64,000 nucleotides of DNA from the human T2T-CHM13v2.0 reference genome, Homo sapiens: assembly GCF_009914755.1 (NCBI RefSeq), contig NC_060947.1. The stretch is one strand, 5' to 3'. Each line of letters starts with the position of its first letter. Position 1 is the first letter of the stretch. Positions 30,279 through 59,941 of the stretch are shown one piece after another. The translations under genes and the position numbers were made by a program. The notes under the pieces were generated by a model, which saw only the letters and a list, made by a program, of their open reading frames with translations, ran no database searches and was not told the DNA's origin.

Positions 30279-30645
30279 TTATGCCCAGTTGTATTATGAC
30301 CTTTCCCATTGCATATCTCAAATTTAACCTGGCCAGAACAGTACCCTCAATCTACCCCACAAGCCTGTTCTTTTCCCAGAATTCCCCATCTCGGTAAATG
30401 GTGTCACCACTCAATTAATTGCTCAGACCAGAAACCTAGGAGTTGAGTCAGCCTCTCTCTTTCTCTCATACCTTGTATCTAATCCTTCACTAAATATTTG
30501 TGTCTCTCCCTTCAAAATATACTTTTTATCTCATGCCTAGCTAACCACAATAGCCTTCTAACTTATCTTCCTGTATCCACTCTTTACTACCTTAGAGTCT
30601 ATTCTCAACTCAACAGCCAAAGTGATCCTTTTAAAACATAATGCA

Positions 30646-31400
30646 GGCTGGGCACAGTGGCTCACACCTGTAATCCCAGCACCTTGAGAGGCCAAGCTGG
30701 GCAGATTGATTGAGCCCAGCAGTTCCAGACCAGCCTAGACAACATGGTGAGACTCCATCTCTACACACACGTGCACACACACACACACACACTATATATA
30801 TATATATATATACACACACATACACTATATATATACACACTATATATAGTGTATATATATACACTATATATATACTATATACATACACTATATATATACT
30901 ATATACATACACTATATATACTATATACATACACTATATATACTATATATACACTGTATATACTATGTATACACTATACACTATATATACTATATATACA
31001 CTATATATACTATATATACACACTATATATACTATATACACACTATATATACTATATATACACACTATATATACACTATATATATACACTATATATACAC
31101 TATATATATACACTATATATACTATATATACACACTATATAGTGTGTATATATATATACACACTATATATGTGTGTATATATATATACACACATATATAT
31201 GTGTGTGTATATATATATACACACACACACTATATATATATATATAAAATTAGCCAGGCATGTTGATATGCGTGTAGTCCCAGCTACTTGGGAGGCTGAG
31301 GTGGGAGGAGTGCTTGAGGCCAGGAGGCGGAGGTTATAGTAAGCTGAGATCGCATCACTGCACTGCAGCCTGGACCACAGAACTAGACCCTATCTCAAGT
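30646..31400 (+). mobile_element. AluJ split by a ~475-bp microsatellite in its A-rich linker
   Basis: Left arm to ...ccatctctac (~30774); right arm resumes aaaattagccagg (~31246). Confidence 0.85.
30773..31246. repeat. Complex (CA)n/(TA)n/(TATATACAC)n simple repeat
   Basis: Directly visible; source of the YIYT/HTIY ORF artefacts. Confidence 0.95.
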
Positions 31401-32059
31401 TTTAAAAAACCAACAACACATAAGGCAGGTTAAGTCATGCCTTTGTCCAAATCCTCCAATGGCTTCTCTTCTCATTCCAAGTAATCGCAAAAGACTATGA
31501 AGCCCTGGCTAATCTGGCACTTTGCTGCCTCTGGAGAAGAGCTGCTATCCCTCTCCCACTCCACTCCAGTCACTCAGGCCTCCTTATTGACCTTTGTACA
31601 CACCACGTCCACTTCCACCTCGGACCATTTGTAGTTGCTGTTATCTCCACTTAGAATGCTCTTGCCCAAAATGATACCATAGCTTTCTTCCTCATTTTAG
31701 GTCTCGACTCACGTGTCACCTCATCACAGAGGCCTTCCCTGAAAAAAAAATAACCACTCACCCCACTCCCGGGACCCCCCCATCCCCTTAACCTGCTTTA
31801 TTTTTCTCCATACCAGTTCACACCCTCTGACATCATAGTATTACATTTTCTGGATTATGGTCTGTTTCCCCCAAATAGAATGTAAGCTCAATAAGGGTAG
31901 GACTTTCATCTTGTTCACTGCTGTATCTTCAGCTCCTAAAACAGTTTCCAGCACATAGTAGATGCTCAATAAATATTTGTTGAATGAATGGATAAATGAA
32001 AGGCACAACTGAGTGCAAGAAAAATAGAGTCCAGAAAGGATGAAGGAAATGAAAACTAG

Positions 32060-34016
<1,957 letters not shown>

Positions 34017-34109
34017 GGCAGACACCATTTTTTAACATAATATCTTTTTGTAGGCCGGTATTTACCTTCAACAGTATTATTTGCCTAGAGAATGTTTTCA
34101 ATAAATATT

Positions 34110-34929
<820 letters not shown>

Positions 34930-35059
34930 TACTTACTGAATGATTGAAGAGAAACACAAGAAAGCCCACCTACCTTTCCATACAGAGGCAAAAAGTTTAA
35001 TTTCCTTGGTCAATCAGGAAAGATAGTCCCCAAGACTCTTTTCTATTGTTTCAGTTTTC

Positions 35060-37017
<1,958 letters not shown>

Positions 37018-37559
37018 TTAATTTAGTTTGTTTAAAGTCAAGTACATTTGCAACTGAAGAAACTAATTGCTGCAGTCATTTAAGCATTAATACGGCAGGC
37101 ATTGTGCTGGACAGTTGTCACAGGTGAGGTTCCCCAGGAAGTAAACTCTGAGACAGGTGGTTAAGTAAGGAGTGCTCTGGGGATGAATAGCTGTGGGAAA
37201 GAGGGAAAGCAAGCAGGAATCAGGTCTTCCACAATTTTTGAAAGTTTAAAGGGGTCTCTAGATCAAAAGTTTCAGAGCCACTGGTCTACAGCATACTAGG
37301 AGAGGTAAAACCCCCGCAGAGTCACTTCAAATCAAATATTTATCTGGCTACTAATAGTGGAAGACCCTCTCTCCTGTTCATCTCTCTCCCGCTCTCATTC
37401 CCTACTTTCTCTCTGTCTCTCTCATCTCCTTTCCTTTTCCCACTCTTTCCTAAAACTATTTCCTATATGGGTTTCACTCTGCATCCCCGTGTGTTGGTCT
37501 CCCGTTTATGTTCATTTCACCTTCTACTCCTCAAATCTTTTCTGTGGATTGCAAGATAC

Positions 37560-39233
37560 TGTGTCCGGAATTGGTGGGTTCTTGGTCTCACTGACTTCAA
37601 GAATGAAGCCGCGGACCCTCGCGGTGAGTGTTACAGCTCTTAAGGTGGCGCGTCTGGAGTCTGTCCCTTCTGATGTTCAAATGTGTTCCGAGTTTCTTCC
37701 TTCTGGTGGGTTCGTGGTCTCCCTGGCTCAGGAGTGAAGCTGCAGACCTTCGCGGTGAGTGTTACAGCTCTTAAGGCAGCGTGTCTGGAGTTGTTCGTTC
37801 CTCCTGGTGAGCTTGTGGTCTTGCTGGCTCCAGAAGAGAAGCTGCAAATCTTCGCGGTGAGTGTTACGGCTCATAAAAGCAGTGTGGACCCAAAGAGTGA
37901 GCAGTAGCAAGATTTATTGCAAAGAGTCAAAGAACAAAGCTTCCACAGTGTGGAAGGGGACCGGAGCGCGTTGCCACTACTGGCTTGGACAGCCTGCTTT
38001 TATTCTCTTATCTGGCCCCACCCACATCCTGCTGATTGGTAGAGCCCAGTGGCCTGTTTTGACAGGGTGCTGATTGGTGCATTTACAATCCCTGAGCTAG
38101 ATACAAAGGTTCTCCAGGTCCCCATCAGATTAGTTAGATACAGAGTATCCACACAAAGGTTCTCCAAGGCCCCACCAGAGCAGCTAGATACAGAGTGTCG
38201 ATTGGTGCACTCACAAAAACCTTGAGCTAAACACAGGGTGCTGATTGGTGTGTTTACAAAACCTTGAGCTAGATACAGAGTGCCGATTGGTGTATTTACA
38301 ATCCCTGAGCTAGACATAAAGGTTCTCCAAGGCCCCACCAGAGCAGCTAGATACAGAGTGTCGATTGGTGCACTCACAAACCCTGAGCTAGACACAGGGT
38401 GCTGATTGGTGTGTTTACAATCCCTGAGCTAAACATAAAGGTTCTCCAAGGCCCCACTGGAGCAGCTAGATACATGGTGTCCATTGGTGCACTCACAAAC
38501 CCTGAGCTAGACACAGGGTGCTGATTGGTGTGTTTACAATCCCTGAGCTAGATATAAACACTCTCCACGTCCCCACCAGACTCAGGAGCCCAGCTGGCTT
38601 CACCCAGTGGATCCCGCACTGGGGCTGCAGGTGGAGCTGCCTGCCAGTCCCACGCCATGCGCTGGCCCTCCTCAGCCCTTGGGCAGTCGATGGGACTGGG
38701 CGCCGTGGAGCAGGGGGTGGCATTCGTCGGGGAGGCTCGGGCTGCACAGGAACCCACGGAGGCGGGGGAAGGCTCAGGCATGGCGGGCTGCAGGTCCCGA
38801 GGCCTGCCCCGTGGGAAGGCAGCTAAGGCCCAGCGAGAAATCGAGCACAGCGCCCGTGGGCTGGCACTGCTGGGGGACCCAGTACACCCTCCGCAGCCGC
38901 TGGCCTGGGTGCTAAGCCCCTCACTGCCCGGGGCCGGCTGGCCGGCCGGCCGGCCGCTCGTAGTGCGGGGCCCTCCAAGCCCACGCCCACCCGGAACTCC
39001 AGCTGGCCCGCAAGCGCTGTGCGCAGCCCTGGTTCCTGCTCACGCCTCTCCCTCCACACCTCCCCGCAAGCTGAGGGAGCGGGCTCTGGCCTTGGCCAGC
39101 CCAGAAAGGGGATCCCACAGTGCAGCGGCGGGCCGAAGGGCTCCTCAAGTGCCGCCAAAGTGGGAACCCAGGCAGAGGAGGCGCTGAGAGCAAGCGAGGG
39201 CTCTGAGGACTGCCAGCATGCTGTCACCTGTCA
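37560..39233 (-). mobile_element. Full-length solo LTR12 (ERV9, LTR12C-like), 1674 bp, 4-bp TSD ATAC
   Basis: Minus strand begins TGACAGGTGACAGCATGCTGGCAGTCCTC and ends CCAATTCCGGACACA; ATAC at 37556-37559 and 39234-39237; GC-rich U3, CCAAT/GATA tandem array, triple U5 repeat. Confidence 0.95.
38030..38560 (-). promoter_or_regulatory. LTR12 U3 tandem enhancer array (nine CCAAT/NF-Y boxes plus GATA sites)
   Basis: ATTGG at ~38035, 38073, 38201, 38244, 38286, 38364, 38405, 38483, 38524 in ~40-bp units with ctagata/ctagaca. Confidence 0.8.
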
Positions 39234-40014
39234 ATACCAAATTGCTCCTGTTTCTATGCTCGCAGTATCATTGTCTTTGATAAAGATAGATACGATAGAT
39301 TATATATAGTTTGTTTTTTAGAACTTCTGAATAATATAGAGGCATTTTGTTATTGTAGATGCAAGCAGTCAGAAATATATTGCATTTCATCTACCTTGTA
39401 AGTTGACATTGTAGTTTTGTAATAAAGAAATTTCAAAAATTACCAACAGTGTCTATTTAAAATTTACCGTGAAGAATGATAGCACATGCTGAGTTGTCAT
39501 CAAAATATTGGACTCTCAAGTTGTCGTGAGACTCGATTGAAATATGGAAGTTCGGCACCTCTGTTTATTTCAATCCAAGTGTGGAAACCACCAGAAAACA
39601 GAAAAGCACCCAAAACTCCACCAAGTGCCAATGTTCCTCCAGTGACACAATGAATCTTGAAAGTACGTCATGCTACAAAGGACATGAAAAAGCAAAATCT
39701 AAAGCAACTAGAGAAAGGAATCTCTACAGCAATCAAATACCAAATTAGAAGAAGGCTTTTTGTTGTCGTTTTGTTTTGTTTGAAGAGTTTTTGCTTTTTT
39801 GGAAACAAAATGTTTTGCTTTCTCCATGCATCATGAAGGAAACAAAAATACACAGCTTGTTAAATTTAGTTGCGGCTCTGTCACAACAATGATGACAAAA
39901 TTTTCCTCTGACCACAATGTGTTTGAGTACAAATGGTTCCTCTTTCCAGGCTCTGGCCTGTGCATACACAAATTCCTAGTGAGGTGAGACCCACTCCCCC
40001 ACAGCGGGGCTCCT

Positions 40015-44789
<4,775 letters not shown>

Positions 44790-46064
44790 CTAACCATGTT
44801 CCATTCATCTTTATATTCTCTGTGGTGCCAGAGGATGCCTTTCTCCAAGCTCCCCCGACTCAATCCACTCAGAATCTAAGTAAGAGTAGAGCTCTTGCTG
44901 TACATACATGGCTCCAAGACAAGGCCCCTGGGGATTGTTCCTTCCAATCAGATTACCACCACTAAGCTCCTCCTAGGTAGAAAACCTGGAGTCACCCTGG
45001 ACAGTCTGACCTCCAGGAGCTTGAATCCAGTGGCAGAAATAGACATGCACACAAACCTCTGTGTGATTTGATATGATAGAGGAACGTGTCTGGTGCTATG
45101 AGCACACACACAGGAGGGAGCAAAGAATTTTGCATTTGGGAGTTAGAGAAGCCCCTAAAAAATGTGACACTTGAGAAATGGAAAAGCATTTTAGATAAAG
45201 GGAACAGCAAGATAAAAGGTTTGCAGTGAGAAAATATCACAGGTGACAAACAAGAACCGGGCAAGTCATAAGTGAGGAAACGCTGACTAGGCCAGGGAGC
45301 AATAGGGAGCCCTAGGGCATGTGCAGACAGGAAGTACATGCCCTGTTAACAAGGTGGCAGCCCATCTGACATCTGCTGACGGTTTCTACACTGAAACAGG
45401 TCCAATATTACCAGGACTTTTGATTTATTAAGAGAAGCTGGAAATCTGGGGCCTTAGGCAAAATCTCCTGACTTAAAAAAAACACTTTGGCATCTAGATC
45501 CCCATGAATTCCAACATGATATGGACCAAACACAATTGCTCACAAGGGAGATTCAGCCTGAAGGTGGCCAGTCAGCCACCTGGAACCTGGAAGCTTGGCT
45601 GGAAGTGAAGCTAGGAAGAGTGTGGGGAATCTAACCTGAAGAGGCAAGCCTGCAGGCAGAGGAGTTGAGACTGCCTTTTGTGGCATTTGATGAAGGGAGG
45701 GGTGTCACTTAAGCTTAAGCTGAGGAGTGACATGGACAGATTGCTCATTGGGAAGATCTGTCTTGTAAAGGGTAGACCCTCATGGCCAGTTTGAAGACTG
45801 TTTCTGGAATGGTAATAAAGTCCTGAAATAGAACCATAGAGGCGAAACTGGGTGGTCGGGGGAGGAATAGATCTGAGAGATGTTTTACCATCTAATCAGT
45901 GACTGCAGGACTAGACAGTGGATGGGGAACTGGGGGTACGAGATACAGGAAAGGGAGTTGTCAAGAGTACATACTTTTAGCATTCATCTCTAATTTTGGC
46001 CAGGCATGGGGGACAGTGGGTGGGTGGGGACCAAATACAAAAGACAACAAAGAGTATTCTAGCT

Positions 46065-46281
46065 TAGGATCTCTCTCACCTTTGGCGCTGTTGTCATCTT
46101 GAGTAGAGTAAGTCTTTGTTGTGGGGGCGGTCGTGTGCATTGTATTAACAGCAGCATCCCCAGCCTCTACTCACTGCATTCCAGAAGCATGCCCCCGCTT
46201 CAGTCATGACAACCAAAAATATCTCTCCATATTGCCGAATGTCCCCTGGGATGTAAAATTGCCCCTGGTTGGGGGCCACTG
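46065..46281 (-). mobile_element. MER20 DNA transposon remnant
   Basis: catgacaaccaaaaatatctctccatattgccgaatgtcccctggg is the reverse complement of the MER20 core. Confidence 0.8.
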
Positions 46282-48109
46282 ATCCAGAATCGGGAGGGAA
46301 ATTCCCTGTTTTCAACTTCTCCTTTTTCTTTGTTTTGCAGTGGTGTGAGGTTTTGCTTAGAGGACTCTTTGTGAGATTTTTGTCTAAGGGACCAGCACTT
46401 TTAGCTAAGCCCTTGGAATATGCTGGTGTCTGTGTCCCTTTTGGACTCAGGAAGGTGTCTCTAAATGGATGGAAGGACACCTGACTTTGGAAAGAGGGAC
46501 ATCATTCTTTCCTGCCAGACATTTTCTTGCATATGCCCTTTTCAGCCTCCAGTTACAGAAATGGACGAAGACTTAGTGAGAAGGGCAAAGGTCAAAACAG
46601 TTGAGTGGAGTGGCCTAGGTACACAGGGCAGCGCAGAACTCCAGCCACCCCGGGCCAAAGTGAAAGAAAGGCCACTGGTAGTCTCGCACCCAAGTCATCA
46701 GGACTCTAAGGGTTAAACTTGATGTTGACTCATCATGATTTTGATTTACACAAAGCCAAACTGAAAGCTCCTTGTCTACTGCAGTTCCTGGAAAGCCTTC
46801 TATCTGTCTTCATTCTTCCTGCAGACCAGGGCAGTGGCCTGATTCAATCCAAGACGCTCTTCGAATCACACTACACGGAGATTACAAATACAAGTTTTAT
46901 GTTGAAGAAACAGCATTCCTGACTCTTTCCACCCCCTTCCAAAAATTTGAAAAATCGTTGCATGATGTTCAGGGTCGGGAAGAAAGGAAAGTAACAATAT
47001 AGTCTTAAGGCCAGCAGGCCGGAACTATCTTGGTGAAAAGAAATCAGGTCTCTCCCCTCTCCACACTGCCGTTTGTTTTTTTTCCTCACGATGTTCAGAT
47101 TCTCAGGGCTTTTCTGGAAGCTCATGACAAGCTGCAATCCCTATTTTTCTAATCATTTGCTACCATTACTGTTTTATTAAGCGCTTGGTCAATCTATGCC
47201 AAGCAGTGCCCATGATGGCACTCAGCCAGTCCCCAGGGGCTCCTGTTCCAACTAAAGACTCCTTAAAAGGCAGATGACATAACCATTTTGGAAACGTTAT
47301 TATAAACTTATTGTATAATGTTTATAGCAAATGTCAACAAGTGTATATGTCCGTGGTGGTGGAGGAAAGGCCTTGGGATACACAGTGGCTGACCTATTTG
47401 TGGGAGGGATTTAGAAATAATGATACTATCTCTCAGTTCTACAGGCCTTGATACTTTACAAACTGTTTTCATAAACATTATTTTGTTCGATAACACATGC
47501 AAGCCAGGATTTATTTTTTTTTTTTTTGAGAACGGGGTCTCACTCTGTTACAGACCCAGGCTGGTTTTGAACTCCTGGGCTCAGGTGATCCTTCCACCTC
47601 AGCCTCCAGAATAGCTGGGATTACAGGTGCATGCCACCATGCCTGGATTCTGGAATTTATTCTGAACCGTTAGCCAAAAGAATCAACATCCTGAGATTCA
47701 GCACAGGCAGGCCCTCCTCCTGGAAGCTTCCCTTGCTCCTTCCCTCCCAAAAGGTACCCTTTTTGTATCCCATAATTCCTTGTTCTTGCCCTTATCATTG
47801 CCCCTCAGACTGACTGCAGCTTTCTGTTAGCAGAGCTTGCTTTTGGTGAGTGTCTTCAACAGTTCCTGGAACAATTTCATAAATATTTATTGAATTTGAG
47901 AGCCTTAATTCCAAGAGTGGAACCTTTGTTGTGAATAGGTTAAACAACCCTGTGCCCTTTGGGTGGGGTCTAGACTAGGTATATTATCAGCATTTTTATT
48001 GCTATACTTTTTGTAACTGTTTTCAGGTATATGCATTGGCTTAATTCGGCCAAAATACACCTCATTATGGGTCTCATCATCCACCTAGACATGATTCTTT
48101 TTTGGGAGA

Positions 48110-48560
48110 AGGTGATAGAATAATGTCCCCCTCCCATGATTCCATATCGTGATCCCCAACACCTGTGAATATGTTAACTTACATAGCAAAAATGACTTTT
48201 CAGTTATGATTAAATCAAGGATTTTGAGATGGGGAGATTATTATGAATTATCTGGTGGACCTAATCTAATCACAAGGGTATTTATAAGGGAAAAGGGGAA
48301 GTAAGAGGGTCAGAGTCAGATACGACAAGGGAAGCAGAGGTCTGAGTAGTTCCGCAACAAGCCAAGGAATGTGGGTAGCCTCTAGAAGCTGGAAAAGTCA
48401 AAGACACAGATTCTCCCCTAGAATATCCAGAAGGAATACATCTCTGCCCACACCTTGATTTAAGCTCAGTGTCACTTCTGACCTCCAGAACTGTAATAAA
48501 ATAAAACTGTTAAATCACTAAATTTGTGGTCATTTTTGACAGCAGCAACAGGAAACGCCT
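48110..48560 (+). mobile_element. MLT1 (MLT1C/D-like) MaLR LTR ~0.8 kb upstream of the IL13RA1 ATG
   Basis: acctgtgaatatgtta...ttgagatggggagattatt...gccaaggaatg...tagaagctggaaaag...acagattctcccctaga...cttctgacctccagaactgt. Confidence 0.85.
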
Positions 48561-48989
48561 AAGGACTCTTGTTTTCCTTCCTCCCAGCCTCACTGACCCT
48601 CATAGGCGCCCAAGTATCAATGTGTATTCTTCCGATTCACCTCCCATCCCTTTGAAAAATATGTAGAAAGTTTGTCGTGTGCTTTAAAAAATGCACGTAT
48701 GGTATCCTCCCTCATGTTTGGAATGTTCCTTTTAAAATCAACATTATGTATTGCCAGCTTTCAAATATGCCCTTTGTCCTTTTCACAAAGCACAGTACTG
48801 CCAGTGTCCCCAACTCCACCCAGTGAAGTAGGGCTGGTATTACTAACCCTGGAGTCAGCGCTAGCAAACAAGGGCTCAGAGGTCAAGGGCTGGAAGCCAG
48901 GTCTCCAGACTCCCAGGCCAAGGCTCTTTTCCGCAGATGACTCTGTCCTGGTGTCCAGCAGGGCACAGCCCCTAGCACCTCCGAGGCCC

Positions 48990-49960
48990 CGCAAGTGTGC
49001 TGGCAGCGGCGACGCCGGCTCCGCCACGCGGAGGGAGGAGGCCCAGGCAGCGCCCGGAGTGGGCGGCGACGTGGTGGAAGAAGTTTTTTTCGGTCAGAGA
49101 CCGGACGCGGGAGCTGCGGGTGGGCCAGGTGTCCAGCCTTGGGAGCCGTAGGAGCCGCCAGAGCCGCCAGAGCCGCCGGCGCCCCGCCCCGCCTCCTCCG
49201 GCCGCTCTCGCCGGCTCAGGTTACCTGAGGCCGGTGGGCGGGGCGGCCCTTCCCGTCTGCGCCGGCCCCCAGCCTCCAGGGCGGCGGAGCCGGGAAGTGG
49301 AAGAGGGAGCGAAGGAGGCGGGGACTGCCAAGGCTCCAGCCCGGCCGGGCTCCGAGGCGAGAGGCTGCATGGAGTGGCCGGCGCGGCTCTGCGGGCTGTG
49401 GGCGCTGCTGCTCTGCGCCGGCGGCGGGGGCGGGGGCGGGGGCGCCGCGCCTACGGGTGAGTGCGACCCTCGGGGCCCGAGGGGCGGCCGGAGGGCTGAG
49501 GGCGGTGAGGGTCACGGCTGAAAGGCCCCGGAGGTCAACGCCGGGCGGAGGGCCGAAGCTGGGGTGGGTGCTGGGGGCTGCCCTCGCGAGGCCCCGCGCT
49601 CGGCGGCTGCGGCTTCCCGCGCGGGATCTCTGGGGCCCGGTACTGGGGCCGGTTCGAGGTGGGACCCGGGAGCTGCGGGGTTTTCCCGAACTCCGGGTGC
49701 GGCGGAGGTGGCGGCAGCGAAGTAAGAGGGCTGCGACTTGTAGTGGGAAGAGCCCAGGAGGCTGGCGTCCAGGCGTGCGGGGGCGGGGGGCCCGAAACAT
49801 GCCCACGGCGTCAGAGGGCCGTGGGTCAGCGCCCGGAATGTCGCCTGTGAGCCCGGGAGGAAATGAGGCGCCAGAGCCGGCGGGGACCACGACCGAAGTC
49901 CAGGCGAGCTGAGAACGCGCCGGGGCTCTTTGCCCGAGGCCGCGCCAATCCTCACTGTCT
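48990..49960 (+). promoter_or_regulatory. IL13RA1: CpG island/promoter of IL13RA1 with GC boxes and an ETS-like site
   Basis: Dense CpG; ccccgccccgcc ~49182, gggcggggcgg ~49236, cgggaagtgg ~49291; no TATA seen. Confidence 0.9.
49369..49456 (+). CDS. IL13RA1: IL13RA1 exon 1 coding part (signal peptide MEWPARLCGLWALLLCAGGGGGGGGAAPT)
   Basis: ATG 49369; matches the recalled IL-13Ralpha1 N-terminus; donor G|GTGAGT at 49457; 88 nt, phase 1. Confidence 0.97.
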
Positions 49961-51379
49961 AAGGGTGGCTCTTGCGAGTGGAAGTTGAAGGGAACCTCTA
50001 AACATCTCAGTCCTTGTTGAAAAAGGACGTGACGCTCATGACCTCCTCTGGCGTCGAAGAAATCCTTTGGGAAATCCAGAATAGCATCCCGGCAGATGCT
50101 CCCCCCACCCCACTCTCTTTAATAAACCTTATATTTTAGGGTAATTGTAGATTTATGGAAAAGTTGCAAAGATACTTCAGAGAGTTGTGTATATCCCTCA
50201 CCCTGTTTGGTAACTTCTAGTTAATCAACCTGGCAGTTGTGAAAAATTGGGAGTTAATGACTTCCTTAGGAGCAGCTCCTGGAAGGAATGGCCTTCTGGA
50301 CGTTTTTGGTGACAATGAAAGCCCCAAACTGTATAGGTTTTATTATCACATTGACACAAACACTTATATATGCTTATTGCATTTTTACCAATGTGCTTTG
50401 AAATCCAAGTTGAAATGTTGATTAGGAAACCTTAATGCCCTCTATGGATTCAGTCAATAAAATACATGCTGCCAGGCAGTGTTTAGGGGCTGAGGATGCA
50501 GCAGTGAGCAAAACAGATGAGGTGCCTGCCCTCAGACATATCGGGGGGTGGGGGTAAAATATATGATATGTCTGAGGGTGTTAAGTAGAGAAAAACAGAG
50601 CAGGTGGGAAGGGGTTTGCCATTGTAAAAAGGGTGGATCGAGAAGAAAACAAATGTTGCTGAAAGGTGGCATTTGAGTAGAGACCTGAGGGAGACTTGAA
50701 GCTTGTCAGTCAATAATTATTCAGGTGTCTGCCTTATTTAGTACTGAGTCAGGCCCTCTAGGTTGACTTAGAACCTGAGAGTGTATAGCAAAATTCTTGC
50801 CCCAAAAGGGCCTCTAGTTTAGTTGGGTACACCTGATTTCCGTAATCATATGGGGACATTGCAGTCCAGAGAAGGGAAGGAACTTGTCTAAAGTTACCCG
50901 TCTCATTAGTCTCCTGATTTTCACAGTGCCACTCCAGCACCCTCCCTCCTACAGACTCACTCCCACACACACCTGAAACAACAGCTGGCCATCTAGAGAA
51001 TACTGGCAACTCCCAACTTCATCAGTCCTGTCACAATGGTTTGTCGTTAGCTTGCTTATTTAGAAAACAAACTTCTTTCCCCATTAAAAGTATTGATAGA
51101 ATTGCATTGAGGTATGGTGGGAAAAAATTAGATGTTTCCAGTGAGACTTGAGTTTTAGTGGTTCTGATATTTACCACCTGTGGGACTCTGGGCTGGTCAT
51201 TTCCTCTCTTTTGTGCTGCAGTTAGTTTTCTCATCTGTGAAATGAGGAGGTTGAACTGCATAAATTCTAAGAGCTCCTCCAGCTCTAATCCTCAGAGTGT
51301 TTATAAAAGTGATTAGATTACTAGCTTAGTTTAACCTGTCCCACTCAATGGCCCACATTGTGGCATGTCTTAATTATAA

Positions 51380-53600
<2,221 letters not shown>

Positions 53601-53764
53601 TATGTTGAAGTTATACACGAAGAGCTGTTAGAGACCTTTACAAGTAGTATAATCATCACTTAATCATATATATGTCTAGGCATGTTGTATACACACACAG
53701 TTCACATGTATTTGTATATATTTAAACATTTGGAGATTAAAGTTTCAGTGCCTGTGTTTTTTTC

Positions 53765-59215
<5,451 letters not shown>

Positions 59216-59941
59216 TCCATGTGTGTGTGTTTTTAAAGTGTAGGAAGTAGAAAAATCAAAAGATATGGAGGAAACCAGAAGAGAAAAAGAAAAGGATAGC
59301 AGATAGCCCCAGGAAGCCCAAAATGCAAACCAGTTAGAAGATCTGACCAAAGGACACTTCAAAACAGATGGGAGAATATTAATCCCATTTGAAAGGTTGA
59401 ATATAGGGCAGGCCATTGTTTTATTTCAAAACTGAGGTTAAAGTAGGTTTTAAATTACCTTGAAAATAAATTGGAGTACAATTGAAATGAACCACAAATA
59501 GGTATATTTTTATTATCAGGGCTTTAATATTTGTGTGGGAGTGGGAGGTAGGTGGGTAGGGAGAGTACTGGAAGTGCTAAACTAGGTTTCTTGGATGTGT
59601 TTCTGGGAACTGCAGAATAAGGCAGATAATCCTACAGTAAATTGTAGTCTCCAGTAGGAACAATGTTTTTATTGGAGGCTCTCTACCTGACAAATGATTT
59701 GTCTTCAAAAATATCATTGATATGGTGTTAGAAAGGCCAAAATGGAATAGCCATACATGCTTTTAATCACTTAAAATCCTAACTTTAGCACTGTTGCCTG
59801 AGCCATTGGTGCTCCCTGGTACTAGCTCAGTTTTAATGCAGTGCAATAGGAATTCTTTGTTTCCACAAGGCCTTGTCCTGCTGTGGGCTGCTCCTTCCCA
59901 CAGTTGGACCTTGGGAAAAGGTAGAGTTAGAAGAGGGAATG

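Noticed and set aside
30631-31339. Tyr/Ile/Thr/His-rich ORFs up to 209 aa
   Set aside because: Translation of the TA/CA microsatellite.
38030-38560. Regularly spaced ~40-bp repeats resembling a CRISPR array
   Set aside because: Eukaryotic context, no unique spacers or cas genes; this is the known LTR12 U3 tandem array.
38493-39309. Overlapping GC-rich ORFs on both strands
   Set aside because: Lie in the LTR12 U3 region, where high GC suppresses stop codons.
48997-49368. Open frame upstream of and in frame with the IL13RA1 ATG (possible N-terminal extension)
   Set aside because: No upstream in-frame ATG, most of it probably lies 5' of the TSS, and stop-free frames are expected in a CpG island.
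49216-49955. 224-, 151- and 147-aa ORFs over the CpG island
   Set aside because: Low-complexity Arg/Gly/Pro/Ala translations of GC-rich DNA with no recognisable domain.
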